From Minisyncoccota bacterium (lineage in GTDB: Bacteria; Patescibacteriota; Minisyncoccia; Phycocordibacterales; GWA1-40-21), in assembly GCA_041663045.1 (NCBI GenBank), contig JBAZRH010000001.1, forward strand, positions 84,403 to 148,402: 64,000 bases of DNA, in the 5' to 3' direction. The notes under the pieces are model-generated. The model searched no databases. It had not been told where the DNA came from and worked only from the letters and a program-made list of their open reading frames with translations. Position numbers and translations under genes: made by a program. Shown one piece after another: positions 1 to 9,050 of the stretch (the stretch's first letter is position 1; each line of letters starts with the position of its first letter).

Positions 1-1908
1 ATTTTGCCGACAGAGAAAGCAAAATATGCCCAGTTTGAAAACAAACCGTTTGAAACTTCTGTAGGAAGACTTTTGTTTAATACTGTTTTGCCTAGCTCAT
101 ACCCGTATGTCAACAAAGAGATTGACAAGAAGACAATGTCAAAAATTATTGATGACCTTATCATTCAAAATGGTCCAGAAAATATCGCTCCTATAATGGA
201 CAAGATAAAGAATTTTGGATTCAAATATGCCACTTATTCAGGTATTACCTGGGGTCTTGATGATATTCAGATTCCGAAAGAAAAGCCCGCTATTGTTAAG
301 GTTGCTAAAGGTAAATCTGCAGAAGTTTTAGAGCAATTCAACGAGGGTTTGCTTACGGAAGAGGAGAGAGTTATGAAAAATGTTGAGATCTGGCAGGCCG
401 CAAAAGGTGAACTTGAAAAGCTTATCCCGGCAGCACTTGATCAGAATGGTTCAGTATATGATATGTGGAAATCTGGTGCTAGAGGATCACTTGGATCTCT
501 TACACAGATGGCTGGTATGAAAGGTTTGATTCAAAACACTGTAGGTGAGACTATTGAGTTCCCAGTTATCAGTTCTACAAAAGAAGGACTTACTCCTATC
601 GAATACTTCATCACTACACACGGTTCAAGAAAAGGTCTTACAGACACCGCACTTAACACTGCAAAAGCAGGATATCTTACGAGAAGACTCTTTGATGTCG
701 CTCAAGATATTATAATCACAGAAGAAGATTGTGGAACAAAAGAACATATTGTCATAGACAGAAATAGCGGAGCGGAAACAGGTGCTTCTATTGCGAAAAA
801 CATTAGAGGAAGAGTTTTGGCACAAGATGTTGTCGGTAAAGATGGAAAGGTAATGTTCAAGAAAGGATACCTTTTGACCAAAAATGACGCTCAAAAGATA
901 GATCAAGCAGAGATAGAAAAGATTCACGTCAGATCTCCTTTGACCTGCAAAACCTTGCACGGAATTTGTGAAGAGTGTTATGGTATGGATCTTGGAAAGA
1001 GCGCTCTTGTAGATATTGGAGAAGCTGTCGGAACAATCGCTGCTCAAGCTATCGGTGAGCCGGGTACACAGCTTACTATGAGAACATTCCATGCGGGAGG
1101 CACGGCTTCTGTTGGCGGAGATATTACTTCAGGTTTACCTCGTGTTGAAGAAATCTTTGAAAAAAGAAGACCAAAAAATCCTGCAGTAGTTGCTACTGTT
1201 TCAGGTACTGTCACTTCAGTTAAGGATTTTGGAAAAGAGAAAATAATTACAGTCATGGCTGATATAGAGGACAAAGGTAAATCAAAGAAAACGGGTGAAA
1301 TTGAATACACATTTAATCCAAAGAGAATGGCTCTTGTAAAAGTCGGCGATAAGGTTACAAAAGGTCAGCTTCTCACAGACGGTTCTGCAGATATCGATGA
1401 AATATTTGAATTTGCCGGAAGAGAAAAAGCGATGGAATATATTATCAGTGAAGTTAGCAAGCCGTATGAGCTTCAGGGTGAGGCCGTGGCAAGAAAACAC
1501 ATTGAGATTATTGTTAAACAAATGTTCTCAAAGAAATATGTTTCAAAACAAGGGAGTTCAAATTACTGTGTCGGCGATACTATAGATGAGCTAGACTTGG
1601 TTGTTGAAAATAAGAACGCAAAATCAAAAGACAAAGAAGAAATAGAAGCAGAATCGGTGGTTATGGGAATTACAGAAGCATCACTTTCAAGAAGAAGCTT
1701 CCTTTCGGCTGCTTCATTCCAGCATACAGTAAGAATTCTTATTAATGCTGCTGTAAGAGGAAATAGAGATGAACTAAAGGGATTAAAAGAAAATGTTATT
1801 ATCGGAAGAGTTATTCCAGCGGGTACTGGTTTCAAAGGAAGCAAGAAACATGAGATAATAGATGAGGTTCAAAAACAATTCGCAGAGGATTCCTTTTTTA
1901 GTGAGTAG
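1..1908 (+). CDS. rpoC: DNA-directed RNA polymerase subunit beta' (C-terminal part; 5' end lies outside the window)
   Basis: Frame is open from position 1. The conserved beta' C-terminal region includes GARGSLGSLTQMAGMKGL. An rpoC..dnaG-rpoD neighbourhood follows downstream. Confidence 0.9.
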   Translation: MLPTEKAKYAQFENKPFETSVGRLLFNTVLPSSYPYVNKEIDKKTMSKIIDDLIIQNGPENIAPIMDKIKNFGFKYATYSGITWGLDDIQIPKEKPAIVKVAKGKSAEVLEQFNEGLLTEEERVMKNVEIWQAAKGELEKLIPAALDQNGSVYDMWKSGARGSLGSLTQMAGMKGLIQNTVGETIEFPVISSTKEGLTPIEYFITTHGSRKGLTDTALNTAKAGYLTRRLFDVAQDIIITEEDCGTKEHIVIDRNSGAETGASIAKNIRGRVLAQDVVGKDGKVMFKKGYLLTKNDAQKIDQAEIEKIHVRSPLTCKTLHGICEECYGMDLGKSALVDIGEAVGTIAAQAIGEPGTQLTMRTFHAGGTASVGGDITSGLPRVEEIFEKRRPKNPAVVATVSGTVTSVKDFGKEKIITVMADIEDKGKSKKTGEIEYTFNPKRMALVKVGDKVTKGQLLTDGSADIDEIFEFAGREKAMEYIISEVSKPYELQGEAVARKHIEIIVKQMFSKKYVSKQGSSNYCVGDTIDELDLVVENKNAKSKDKEEIEAESVVMGITEASLSRRSFLSAASFQHTVRILINAAVRGNRDELKGLKENVIIGRVIPAGTGFKGSKKHEIIDEVQKQFAEDSFFSE

Positions 1909-1913
1909 TGAAT

Positions 1914-1944
1914 AGGGCGGATTTTGCGGAGCAAAATCCGCCCT
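1914..1944 (+). terminator. Hairpin downstream of rpoC (gggcggatttt-gcggagc-aaaatccgccc)
   Basis: GC-rich 11-bp inverted repeat immediately after the rpoC stop. No clean U-run follows. Confidence 0.45.
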
Positions 1945-2027
1945 CTCCCGGCAGTTTCTCCAAATTTGTTTATTAGTTTAATCAAGCCTAAAACATTTTG
2001 ACTACAAAATGTTCGGCGAACAAACAA

Positions 2028-2138
2028 ATGAATTCAAAAAAAGGCTTCGTAATTCCTCTCCTCGTCGCAATCATTGCAATTCTTGCAATTGGTGGCGGTT
2101 ATTACTATACAAGAAACAGTGTTCTAATTAATTATTAA
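2028..2138 (+). CDS. Candidate 36-aa single-TM peptide (MNSKKGFVIPLLVAIIAILAIGGGYYYTRNSVLINY); stop codon abuts the dnaG ATG
   Basis: Hand-translated; too short for the ORF track. Hydrophobic core. The TAA is directly followed by the dnaG ATG (TAAATG junction). No clear SD. Confidence 0.3.
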   Translation: MNSKKGFVIPLLVAIIAILAIGGGYYYTRNSVLINY

Positions 2139-3875
2139 ATGTCATCATCCGTAGAGAAAATAAAAGAAAGATTGAATATTGAGGATGTTGTCGGCTCATA
2201 CATTAAACTGGAAAGAGCCGGAAACAATCTCAAGGCTAAGTGTCCATTTCATAATGAAAAGACGCCGTCTTTCTTCGTATCTCCGGAGAGAAGTTCGTAT
2301 TACTGTTTTGGCTGTGGAGCGAAAGGAGATATATTTTCCTTTGTGCAGAATTTTGAAGGACTAGATTTTGTTGGTGCATTGAAGATTCTTGCCGAAAGGG
2401 CGGGTATAGAGCTTGAAAAATTTGCAACACCGAAAGATGATAAAAAAACCAGACTTTATACATTACTTGAAGCTACTACTTTATTCTTGCAGAAAAATCT
2501 AGCTAGTGAAGAAATCCCACTTGAATATTTGAAAAAAAGGGGACTCACCGACAAGACAATAAAAGATTGGCGCATCGGATATGTTCGAGATGAATGGCGT
2601 TCTATTTATGATCATTTGAAATCAAAAGGTTTTTCGGATGATGAAATGTTGCGCGCAGGTATGGTAAAGACAGAAAATAATAGTACTTATGATAGATTCC
2701 GTGGGAGAATAATGTTCCCAATCTTTGACAGTGCAGGTAGGGTGATAGCTTTTTCCGGAAGAATACTTCATGATGACGGCAAGTCGGCAAAATATTTGAA
2801 TAGTCCGCAAACGGAAATTTTTGACAAATCAAAAACGCTTTACGGTTTTGACAGAGCCAAGCAAGCGATAAGGAAATTTGATTTCTCGGTTCTTGTGGAA
2901 GGGCAGATGGATTTGCTAATGGCTCATCAGGCGGGTTTTGCAAATACTGTAGCATCTTCTGGTACAGCTCTTACAGCCGAACATTTGAAGCTTCTGAAAA
3001 GGATTTCCAATAGAGTAATAATGTCATTTGATTCCGACAATGCCGGAGCAAAGGCATCCGAGCGAGGGTGGATGCTTTCACTTGCAACAGGTATGGAAGT
3101 AAAAGTTGCTGCAATTCCGAAAGGTTTTGATCCGGCCGACTTGATTTTGAAAGACAAGGAAGAATTCAAGAAAGTTTTGAAAGATGCGGTTCATATTATT
3201 GATTTTATTTTAGACAGAGCGATTGTCGAAAATCCTGATAAGAGAAAGGCTGGGCTTGTCATAAAGAGTAGGGCCTTACCGTATCTTTCGCTTCTCGAAA
3301 GTAATATGGAAAAGTCGCATTATGTGAAAAGTATCAGTGACAAAACCAGTATAAAAGAAGACGCGATCTGGGAAGATTTAAAAAATATAAAGTTGGATAG
3401 CGAATATGAAGTTAAAGCGGAAGTCATTGGGGCCAAAGAGGATAAAAAGGTCGGCATCCTCAAGGCTGGAACGGTGGAGAGAAGTTTAGGTGCCATTATA
3501 GCTTTGGAGGAATCATCTTCAAAAAAGCTTATTGATCCGAAAAGTTTGAGAGGAAAAGTGGAAGAAGCTCTCGGTAAAGAAAAATACAAAGAGTTCTCTG
3601 ATGAACTTTTTAAACTTTCTAGTGAGCTTGCCTTTGAAGCGGAAAGTTATTATGGCGAGACGGATGCAGAAAAATTTAATAAAGAGACGGAATACCTCTT
3701 GCTAAACTTGCAAGAAGAAAATTTGAAAAAAGAATTGGCGGATCTTATGTCTGAAATGAAAGTCGCCGAGAACGCCAAAGAGTCGGACAAAGCAATTTCG
3801 CTTTTAAAGCGGTGTGACGATATTACGAAGTTGTTACATAAAATAAAGACGGAGAAAAACAAAAAGTTTAAGTAA
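2139..3875 (+). CDS. dnaG: DNA primase
   Basis: CHC2 zinc finger (CPFHNEKTPSFFV...YYCFGCGAKGD). Toprim region (EGQMDLL...DSDNAG). Located upstream of rpoD. Confidence 0.9.
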   Translation: MSSSVEKIKERLNIEDVVGSYIKLERAGNNLKAKCPFHNEKTPSFFVSPERSSYYCFGCGAKGDIFSFVQNFEGLDFVGALKILAERAGIELEKFATPKDDKKTRLYTLLEATTLFLQKNLASEEIPLEYLKKRGLTDKTIKDWRIGYVRDEWRSIYDHLKSKGFSDDEMLRAGMVKTENNSTYDRFRGRIMFPIFDSAGRVIAFSGRILHDDGKSAKYLNSPQTEIFDKSKTLYGFDRAKQAIRKFDFSVLVEGQMDLLMAHQAGFANTVASSGTALTAEHLKLLKRISNRVIMSFDSDNAGAKASERGWMLSLATGMEVKVAAIPKGFDPADLILKDKEEFKKVLKDAVHIIDFILDRAIVENPDKRKAGLVIKSRALPYLSLLESNMEKSHYVKSISDKTSIKEDAIWEDLKNIKLDSEYEVKAEVIGAKEDKKVGILKAGTVERSLGAIIALEESSSKKLIDPKSLRGKVEEALGKEKYKEFSDELFKLSSELAFEAESYYGETDAEKFNKETEYLLLNLQEENLKKELADLMSEMKVAENAKESDKAISLLKRCDDITKLLHKIKTEKNKKFK

Positions 3876-3902
3876 ATATTATTAGTTATAAATCTAAATC
3901 GA

Positions 3903-5087
3903 ATGAAGAAGAAGACCCAAAAAATAAAAAAAACCTCGAAGACAAAATCAGCAAAGAAGAAGGCCAAAAGAGTTGTTAAAAAACCGATAAAGGTAGCAAA
4001 AGTTACAGCCAAAAGGAAAGAGCTTGATATGAGAGGAGAAAGGCTTCTTGCAAAAGGTAGGGAGAGGGGCTTTATCACGTATGATGAAATTTTGAAAGAA
4101 TTTCCCAAGATTGAAAGCGATGTGATGTTTTTGGACGAACTTTATAATAAACTCACTGTTGGTGGAATAGATGTTCTTGAAGGAGGTGGAATGCTTGGTT
4201 TTAATGAAGATCAGGTTAAAAAATATACTTATGGAGGCAAGTCCGCAGATGCAAGTTATGACTCCATTCAGATTTATCTGAAAGAGATTGGCCAGTATCC
4301 CCTTATCAATGCTTCAATGGAGAAAGACCTTGCTAGGAAAATTCAAAATGGCGACATAGAGGCAAAAAATCTTCTCGCAAAAGCCAACTTGAGACTTGTT
4401 GTTTCTATTGCAAAAAAATATGTTGGTAGGAGCGCTGACCTTACGCTTCTGGATTTGATACAGGAAGGAAACCTCGGTCTTTTTAAGGCTGTTGATAAAT
4501 TTGATTGGACAAAGGGCTATAAGTTTTCTACTTATGCTACTTGGTGGATAAGACAGGCTATTACAAGAGCTCTTGCCGATCAATCAAGAACTATTCGTGT
4601 GCCAGTGCACATGGTTGAGACGATCGCAAAATACAAACAAGTTTACAGAAGGCTTTCACAGGATTTGGGCAGAGAACCGATGCCAGATGAAATTGCTACA
4701 GAGATGGGTCTTGAAGTCGAAAAGGTTTATATGATAGAGAAAATTGATCAAGACACAGTGTCGCTTGAAGCACCGGTAGGGGATGACAGCGATGATGGCA
4801 AGTCCACACTCGGTGATTTTGTTGCGGATGATAAAATCCTTTCGCCCGATCAGGAATCTTCACGTAGGATCCTAGCTGACCAAGTAAAAGAAATCCTCGG
4901 TGATCTTTCACTTAAAGAGAGGAAAATTCTTGAAATGAGACATGGACTAAATGATGGTATAACCCATACTCTCGAAGAAGTTGGAAAGGAATTTGGAGTC
5001 ACTAGAGAGCGCATAAGACAGATTGAAGCTAAAGCTCACGAAAAAATCCGACAGCACGAAAAGATAAATAGGTTACAGAGTTATTAA
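3903..5087 (+). CDS. rpoD: RNA polymerase sigma-70 factor RpoD with a Lys-rich N-terminus
   Basis: Region 1.2 ([11 protein letters not shown]), region 2 ([18 protein letters not shown]...[10 protein letters not shown]) and region 4 ([19 protein letters not shown]) are all present. Confidence 0.9.
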   Translation: MKKKTQKIKKTSKTKSAKKKAKRVVKKPIKVAKVTAKRKELDMRGERLLAKGRERGFITYDEILKEFPKIESDVMFLDELYNKLTVGGIDVLEGGGMLGFNEDQVKKYTYGGKSADASYDSIQIYLKEIGQYPLINASMEKDLARKIQNGDIEAKNLLAKANLRLVVSIAKKYVGRSADLTLLDLIQEGNLGLFKAVDKFDWTKGYKFSTYATWWIRQAITRALADQSRTIRVPVHMVETIAKYKQVYRRLSQDLGREPMPDEIATEMGLEVEKVYMIEKIDQDTVSLEAPVGDDSDDGKSTLGDFVADDKILSPDQESSRRILADQVKEILGDLSLKERKILEMRHGLNDGITHTLEEVGKEFGVTRERIRQIEAKAHEKIRQHEKINRLQSY

Positions 5088-5092
5088 AACCC

Positions 5093-5121
5093 TTGCTTTT
5101 TATTTAAAAATAATGTAAAAT
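5093..5121 (+). promoter_or_regulatory. Sigma-70-like promoter (TTGCTT, 17-nt spacer, TAAAAT) upstream of the RGG/zinc-ribbon gene
   Basis: Hexamers read directly with 17-nt spacing. The SD-like AAGGAGA lies 23 nt before the ATG, which is too far for a canonical SD. Confidence 0.4.
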
Positions 5122-5170
5122 AGCAATATCAGTTTAGTAAGGAGAACAGAATAATACCAATAAATAAAAA

Positions 5171-5662
5171 ATGGGAAAATTTAATAGAGATGGTGGAAGT
5201 GGTTTTGGCGGGAATCGCGGAGGTGGCTCCAGTTTTGGAGGTGGTAGAAGAGATGGGGGTTTTAGAGGAGGTGAAAGAAGGGAAGTTGTGATGCATGACG
5301 CAGTTTGCGATGAATGTCATCAAGCTTGTCAGATCCCTTTCAGACCAAGTGGCGACAAACCAGTTTACTGTAAAGATTGCTTTATGAAAAAAGGTGGAGG
5401 CCCGTCAAGACCTTCGAGGGACAATGGTCCAAGAAGAGACTTCGGTAGACCGCAAAGCGCACCTAGCTTTGGTGGAAATAGGAGCGATGACGGTGTCAAA
5501 AAGCAATTGGAAGCAATGAATGTGAAATTAGACAGTCTGATAAGATCAATCGATGGTTTTGTTAAACCGACCAAAGTCGAAGAAAAGAAGACAATAGAAA
5601 AAGTTGCTGATAGAAAAATAAAGGTCAAAACAGTGGCTAAAAAGAAAACAATTAAAAAATAA
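5171..5662 (+). CDS. Gly/Arg-rich (RGG-like) protein with a C4 zinc ribbon and a Lys-rich tail; hypothetical nucleic-acid-binding protein
   Basis: N-terminal GGSGFGGNRGGGSSFGGGRRDGGFRGG repeats. CDEC-x(18)-CKDC zinc-ribbon motif. C-terminal K-rich tail. Confidence 0.5.
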   Translation: MGKFNRDGGSGFGGNRGGGSSFGGGRRDGGFRGGERREVVMHDAVCDECHQACQIPFRPSGDKPVYCKDCFMKKGGGPSRPSRDNGPRRDFGRPQSAPSFGGNRSDDGVKKQLEAMNVKLDSLIRSIDGFVKPTKVEEKKTIEKVADRKIKVKTVAKKKTIKK

Positions 5663-5666
5663 AAAA

Positions 5667-5810
5667 ATGGCAAAAAGAATAAGTACAAGAAGAAAAGCTT
5701 CACGTTCAAAAAAGACACAGAAACGTTTAGCTATAAAGAAAGTACGCTTGGTTTCAAAGAAGGCGGCAAGAAAAGCAAAACTTTCAAAGAGAATAAAGAA
5801 ATCAAAATAA
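5667..5810 (+). CDS. Candidate 47-aa highly basic peptide (MAKRISTRRKASRSKKTQKRLAIKKVRLVSKKAARKAKLSKRIKKSK)
   Basis: Hand-translated. Begins 4 nt after the preceding stop and is followed by a strong intrinsic terminator. About 50% Lys/Arg. Confidence 0.35.
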   Translation: MAKRISTRRKASRSKKTQKRLAIKKVRLVSKKAARKAKLSKRIKKSK

Positions 5811-5820
5811 TCACGAAAAA

Positions 5821-5858
5821 CAGCCCCACACTTTTAAAAAGTGTGGGGCTGTTTTTAA
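5821..5858 (+). terminator. Rho-independent terminator (cagccccacac-tttttaaaaa-gtgtggggctg + TTTTT)
   Basis: Perfect 11-bp GC-rich stem followed by a T-run. Confidence 0.8.
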
Positions 5859-5867
5859 TGTTAGAAA

Positions 5868-5876
5868 TGATATAAT
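5868..5876 (+). promoter_or_regulatory. Extended -10 element (TGaTATAAT) 7 nt upstream of the ATG at 5884; leaderless-type start
   Basis: TGnTATAAT read directly. There is no SD between it and the ATG. Confidence 0.45.
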
Positions 5877-5883
5877 TAGGTCA

Positions 5884-6408
5884 ATGAAAAAGAAGATAGT
5901 CTTAATAGTATGTCTGGCTGTCATTATATTAATAGCGGTCTTTTGGTCGTCAGAATCTAATTATAGTATTGTAGCGGACTATAAAGACGCAACATATTTG
6001 ATAGATGGTAGAGAAGTACAGCTCACAAATGGCCTTGCGGAAGAAGAAAATACTCAAGGTTCGGCCTCAAAAACAATTATAAGGTATTTTGGCAATAAAG
6101 TAGCGGGGGATTTTAATGGAGATGGTACAAATGATACTGCTTTTCTTTTGACGCAAAATACTGGCGGTAGTGGGACTTTCTTTTATATAGCAGTTGCATT
6201 GGGTGACGGCGATGGCTATAAAGGTGCAAATGCGATCCTCCTTGGTGATAGGATAGCTCCTCAAACCACAGAATTTCGTGACGGAAAAATCATTGTAAAT
6301 TATGCCGACCGTAAGGCCGATGAATCTTTTGCAGTAAGACCATCTATCGGTGTCAGTAGATATTTTGAGATTTCTGATGATAAACTTGTAGAAGCTAGTT
6401 CAAAGTAA
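5884..6408 (+). CDS. Secreted/membrane-anchored hypothetical protein with an FG-GAP/VCBS-like Asp-rich motif
   Basis: N-terminal signal/TM (MKKKIVLIVCLAVIILIAVF). GDFNGDGTNDTAFLL calcium-binding-like repeat motif. Confidence 0.5.
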   Translation: MKKKIVLIVCLAVIILIAVFWSSESNYSIVADYKDATYLIDGREVQLTNGLAEEENTQGSASKTIIRYFGNKVAGDFNGDGTNDTAFLLTQNTGGSGTFFYIAVALGDGDGYKGANAILLGDRIAPQTTEFRDGKIIVNYADRKADESFAVRPSIGVSRYFEISDDKLVEASSK

Positions 6409-6443
6409 ATCTTTTTGTATTGTGATAGAATAATTTTATTGGT

Positions 6444-6716
6444 ATGAATCTTTTGGAATTAAGAAAAGAAATAGATAGGATAGACGGCGAACTTTTGAGT
6501 GTATTGGTAGAAAGGATGAAACTCATACCGAAGGTCGCCGAATATAAGAAAGAAAACAATCTCCCGAGATATCAGCCGGAGCGAGAGAAAGAGATAATTA
6601 AAGTCAGGAAAGAATTAGCAGAAGAACTAAATCTCAATCCAGACTTGGTAGAGAAAATATACAAAGAGATAATTGAAGATGCACATAGAATAGAGAAGGA
6701 AATAATGGGGGAATAA
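6444..6716 (+). CDS. Chorismate mutase (AroQ class), monofunctional
   Basis: LRKEIDRIDGELLSVLVERMKL...AEYK matches the AroQ helix-1 signature. It is immediately upstream of prephenate dehydratase. Confidence 0.75.
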   Translation: MNLLELRKEIDRIDGELLSVLVERMKLIPKVAEYKKENNLPRYQPEREKEIIKVRKELAEELNLNPDLVEKIYKEIIEDAHRIEKEIMGE

Positions 6717-6718
6717 TT

Positions 6719-7561
6719 ATGAAAATAGAAATTACTAAAAAAACAGGGTATCTTGGTCCCGAAGGTAGTAATTCTGAAGTGGCGGCCACGTCTTTAGTTC
6801 AGTCTGGTAAAATTATTCCGATTGATACTATTACTAATATCATAAAGAAGGTGAAAGACGGAGATCTGGATTCTGGTGTTGTCCCAATAGAGAATTCTAT
6901 TCAGGGAAGTGTAGTAGAGACAGTAGATGGTTTATATAAAAATAAATTATTTATTCAACAAGAACTTATTATACCTATTAGGCATTGTGTTGCCAGTCTC
7001 ACATCTAAAATCATACCTGACAAGATTGAGATGGTTATATCTCACCCTCAAGCTTTAGGTCAATGTTCTGAATATATAGATAAGTATTTTCCTAATGCTA
7101 AAAGGATAACGACTACAAGTACTGCCGAAGCTTTTAAAAAGATTGCAGAGGAAGGTTTGTTGAATGCGGTTGCTATAGGTACAAAAGTCGCTGCCGATAA
7201 GTATAAATTGAAGATTCTCGCAGAAAATATACAAGACGAAGAAAATAATGAGACAAAGTTCGTCTTAATTAAGAAGATCCCAAGCAGAGACTTAAAAGGC
7301 AAAATTTCGAGTTTAATTATTATTCCTAAAAAAGACAGATCAGGGCTTCTCTTTGATATCTTAAAAAATTTTAAAGATAATAATATAAACTTGAATAAGA
7401 TAGAATCAAGACCATCTAGATTAAAATTAGGAAATTATATCTTTCATATTGATATAGAGGGTAATTTTAAAGATAAAAACGTAGAAAAAGCGATTGCTGG
7501 GATTAAGAAAGAAGGTGAAGTAGTATTTTTAGGTAGCTACAGCACTATCTATTTTTCTTAA
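6719..7561 (+). CDS. pheA: Prephenate dehydratase (PDT catalytic domain plus ACT domain)
   Basis: Signature ISHPQALGQC. C-terminal ACT-like regulatory domain. Start overlaps the upstream chorismate mutase stop by ATGA-type coupling. Confidence 0.8.
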   Translation: MKIEITKKTGYLGPEGSNSEVAATSLVQSGKIIPIDTITNIIKKVKDGDLDSGVVPIENSIQGSVVETVDGLYKNKLFIQQELIIPIRHCVASLTSKIIPDKIEMVISHPQALGQCSEYIDKYFPNAKRITTTSTAEAFKKIAEEGLLNAVAIGTKVAADKYKLKILAENIQDEENNETKFVLIKKIPSRDLKGKISSLIIIPKKDRSGLLFDILKNFKDNNINLNKIESRPSRLKLGNYIFHIDIEGNFKDKNVEKAIAGIKKEGEVVFLGSYSTIYFS

Positions 7562-7581
7562 AATACAGTATTCTCTAGTGC

Positions 7582-9042
7582 ATGGCGAAAGATGAGGCAA
7601 TACTTAGATTTGAAAAGGTGTCGTTTGGATACAGCGAGAATCAACCCCTTCTAGATGAGGTGGATTTTTCTATTCGCCGAGGGACAAAGACGACAATAAT
7701 GGGGCAAAACGGTGCCGGTAAAAGCACTTTATTCGGGCTTATTACGAGATATATTCTACCGGAAAGCGGGATAATAAATGTCGTGAATGGTGTTTCTATC
7801 GCGATTTCGAGGCAAGTGATTCCAAGAGATGAAATAGGTTTGACTGTCCGAGAATTTTTCCAAAAGTGTTTTACACAAAAAGTCTATGATATTGATATAA
7901 AAATAGATGATATTTTGGAAGTAGTGAATTTAAAAGGACATGAGAAAGTGCATGATAGGATTGTGCGGACATTTTCTGGAGGTCAGCAGGCACGGCTTTT
8001 GCTCGCTTCAGCACTTATACAAAATCCAGATCTGCTTTTACTCGACGAGCCGACAAATAATCTCGATAAAGCGGGGATAGAGCACCTCACGAAGTTTTTG
8101 ATTGATTATAAAAAGACCTGTATTGTTATTTCTCACGATGCGGAATTCTTGAATAGTTTTACGGACGGAGTTTTGTATCTTGATGTGTTTACAAGGAAGA
8201 TAGAGCAATATGTCGGAAATTATTTTGATGTGAGAGAGCAGATAGTCGCTCGTCAGGAGAGGGAAAATAGGAAGAACGCCCAGCTTGCAAAAGAGATTCA
8301 AGAAAAGAAAGATAAAGCCAACTTTTTTGCAATGAAAGGGGGTCAGATGCGTCTTGTGGCAAAGAAGATGAGAGAAAAAGCTGAAGAGCTTGAGGAAGAA
8401 AAAGTTGATACAAGAAAGGAAGACAAAACTATTCGCAATTTTATTATCCCCGCACAGATAGACCTTGCCGGAGAAATAGTTCATATAAAAACATTTAAGA
8501 CTTTCAAAAGTCATAAAGCAGTTCAAAGAAAAACGGATATAAGTTTGAAAAGAAATCAGCATCTCTTACTTCGCGGTCCAAACGGTATCGGCAAAAGCAC
8601 CCTCTTGGAGGCGATTGCTAAAAATGAAGCCGTCGGGACGAAAATTGCTCATGGTGTGGTAATCGGCTATTATCGTCAAGATTTTTCGACGCTCAATTTT
8701 GAGGATACTGTCTATCAGTCGCTTTCTGCTGTGTCTCTAAAGATCTCCGAAGAAGCTATGAGAAGCGTGGCAGCAGGTTTTCTTATCACAAGCGATGTAA
8801 TAAATACAAAAATAGGGGATTTATCGGAAGGGCAGAAGGGGCTCGTAGCTTTTGCTAGACTTGTCTTGCAAAAGCCGGGTCTTCTGATCTTAGATGAGCC
8901 GACAAATCATATAAATTTCCGCCATATTCCGATTATCGCCGAAGCGCTGAATAAATATGAAGGCGCGATGATTATAGTCAGCCACGTTCCGGATTTCGTG
9001 CAAAAAATCAGAATTGACTATACGTTGGATTTGGAGAAGTAA
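7582..9042 (+). CDS. ABC-F family ATPase (two ABC domains, no TMD)
   Basis: Two Walker A motifs (GQNGAGKST and GPNGIGKST). Two ABC signatures (LSGGQQARLLLA and LSEGQKGLVAFA). Charged inter-domain linker. Confidence 0.8.
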   Translation: MAKDEAILRFEKVSFGYSENQPLLDEVDFSIRRGTKTTIMGQNGAGKSTLFGLITRYILPESGIINVVNGVSIAISRQVIPRDEIGLTVREFFQKCFTQKVYDIDIKIDDILEVVNLKGHEKVHDRIVRTFSGGQQARLLLASALIQNPDLLLLDEPTNNLDKAGIEHLTKFLIDYKKTCIVISHDAEFLNSFTDGVLYLDVFTRKIEQYVGNYFDVREQIVARQERENRKNAQLAKEIQEKKDKANFFAMKGGQMRLVAKKMREKAEELEEEKVDTRKEDKTIRNFIIPAQIDLAGEIVHIKTFKTFKSHKAVQRKTDISLKRNQHLLLRGPNGIGKSTLLEAIAKNEAVGTKIAHGVVIGYYRQDFSTLNFEDTVYQSLSAVSLKISEEAMRSVAAGFLITSDVINTKIGDLSEGQKGLVAFARLVLQKPGLLILDEPTNHINFRHIPIIAEALNKYEGAMIIVSHVPDFVQKIRIDYTLDLEK

Positions 9043-9050
9043 GTTATTGA

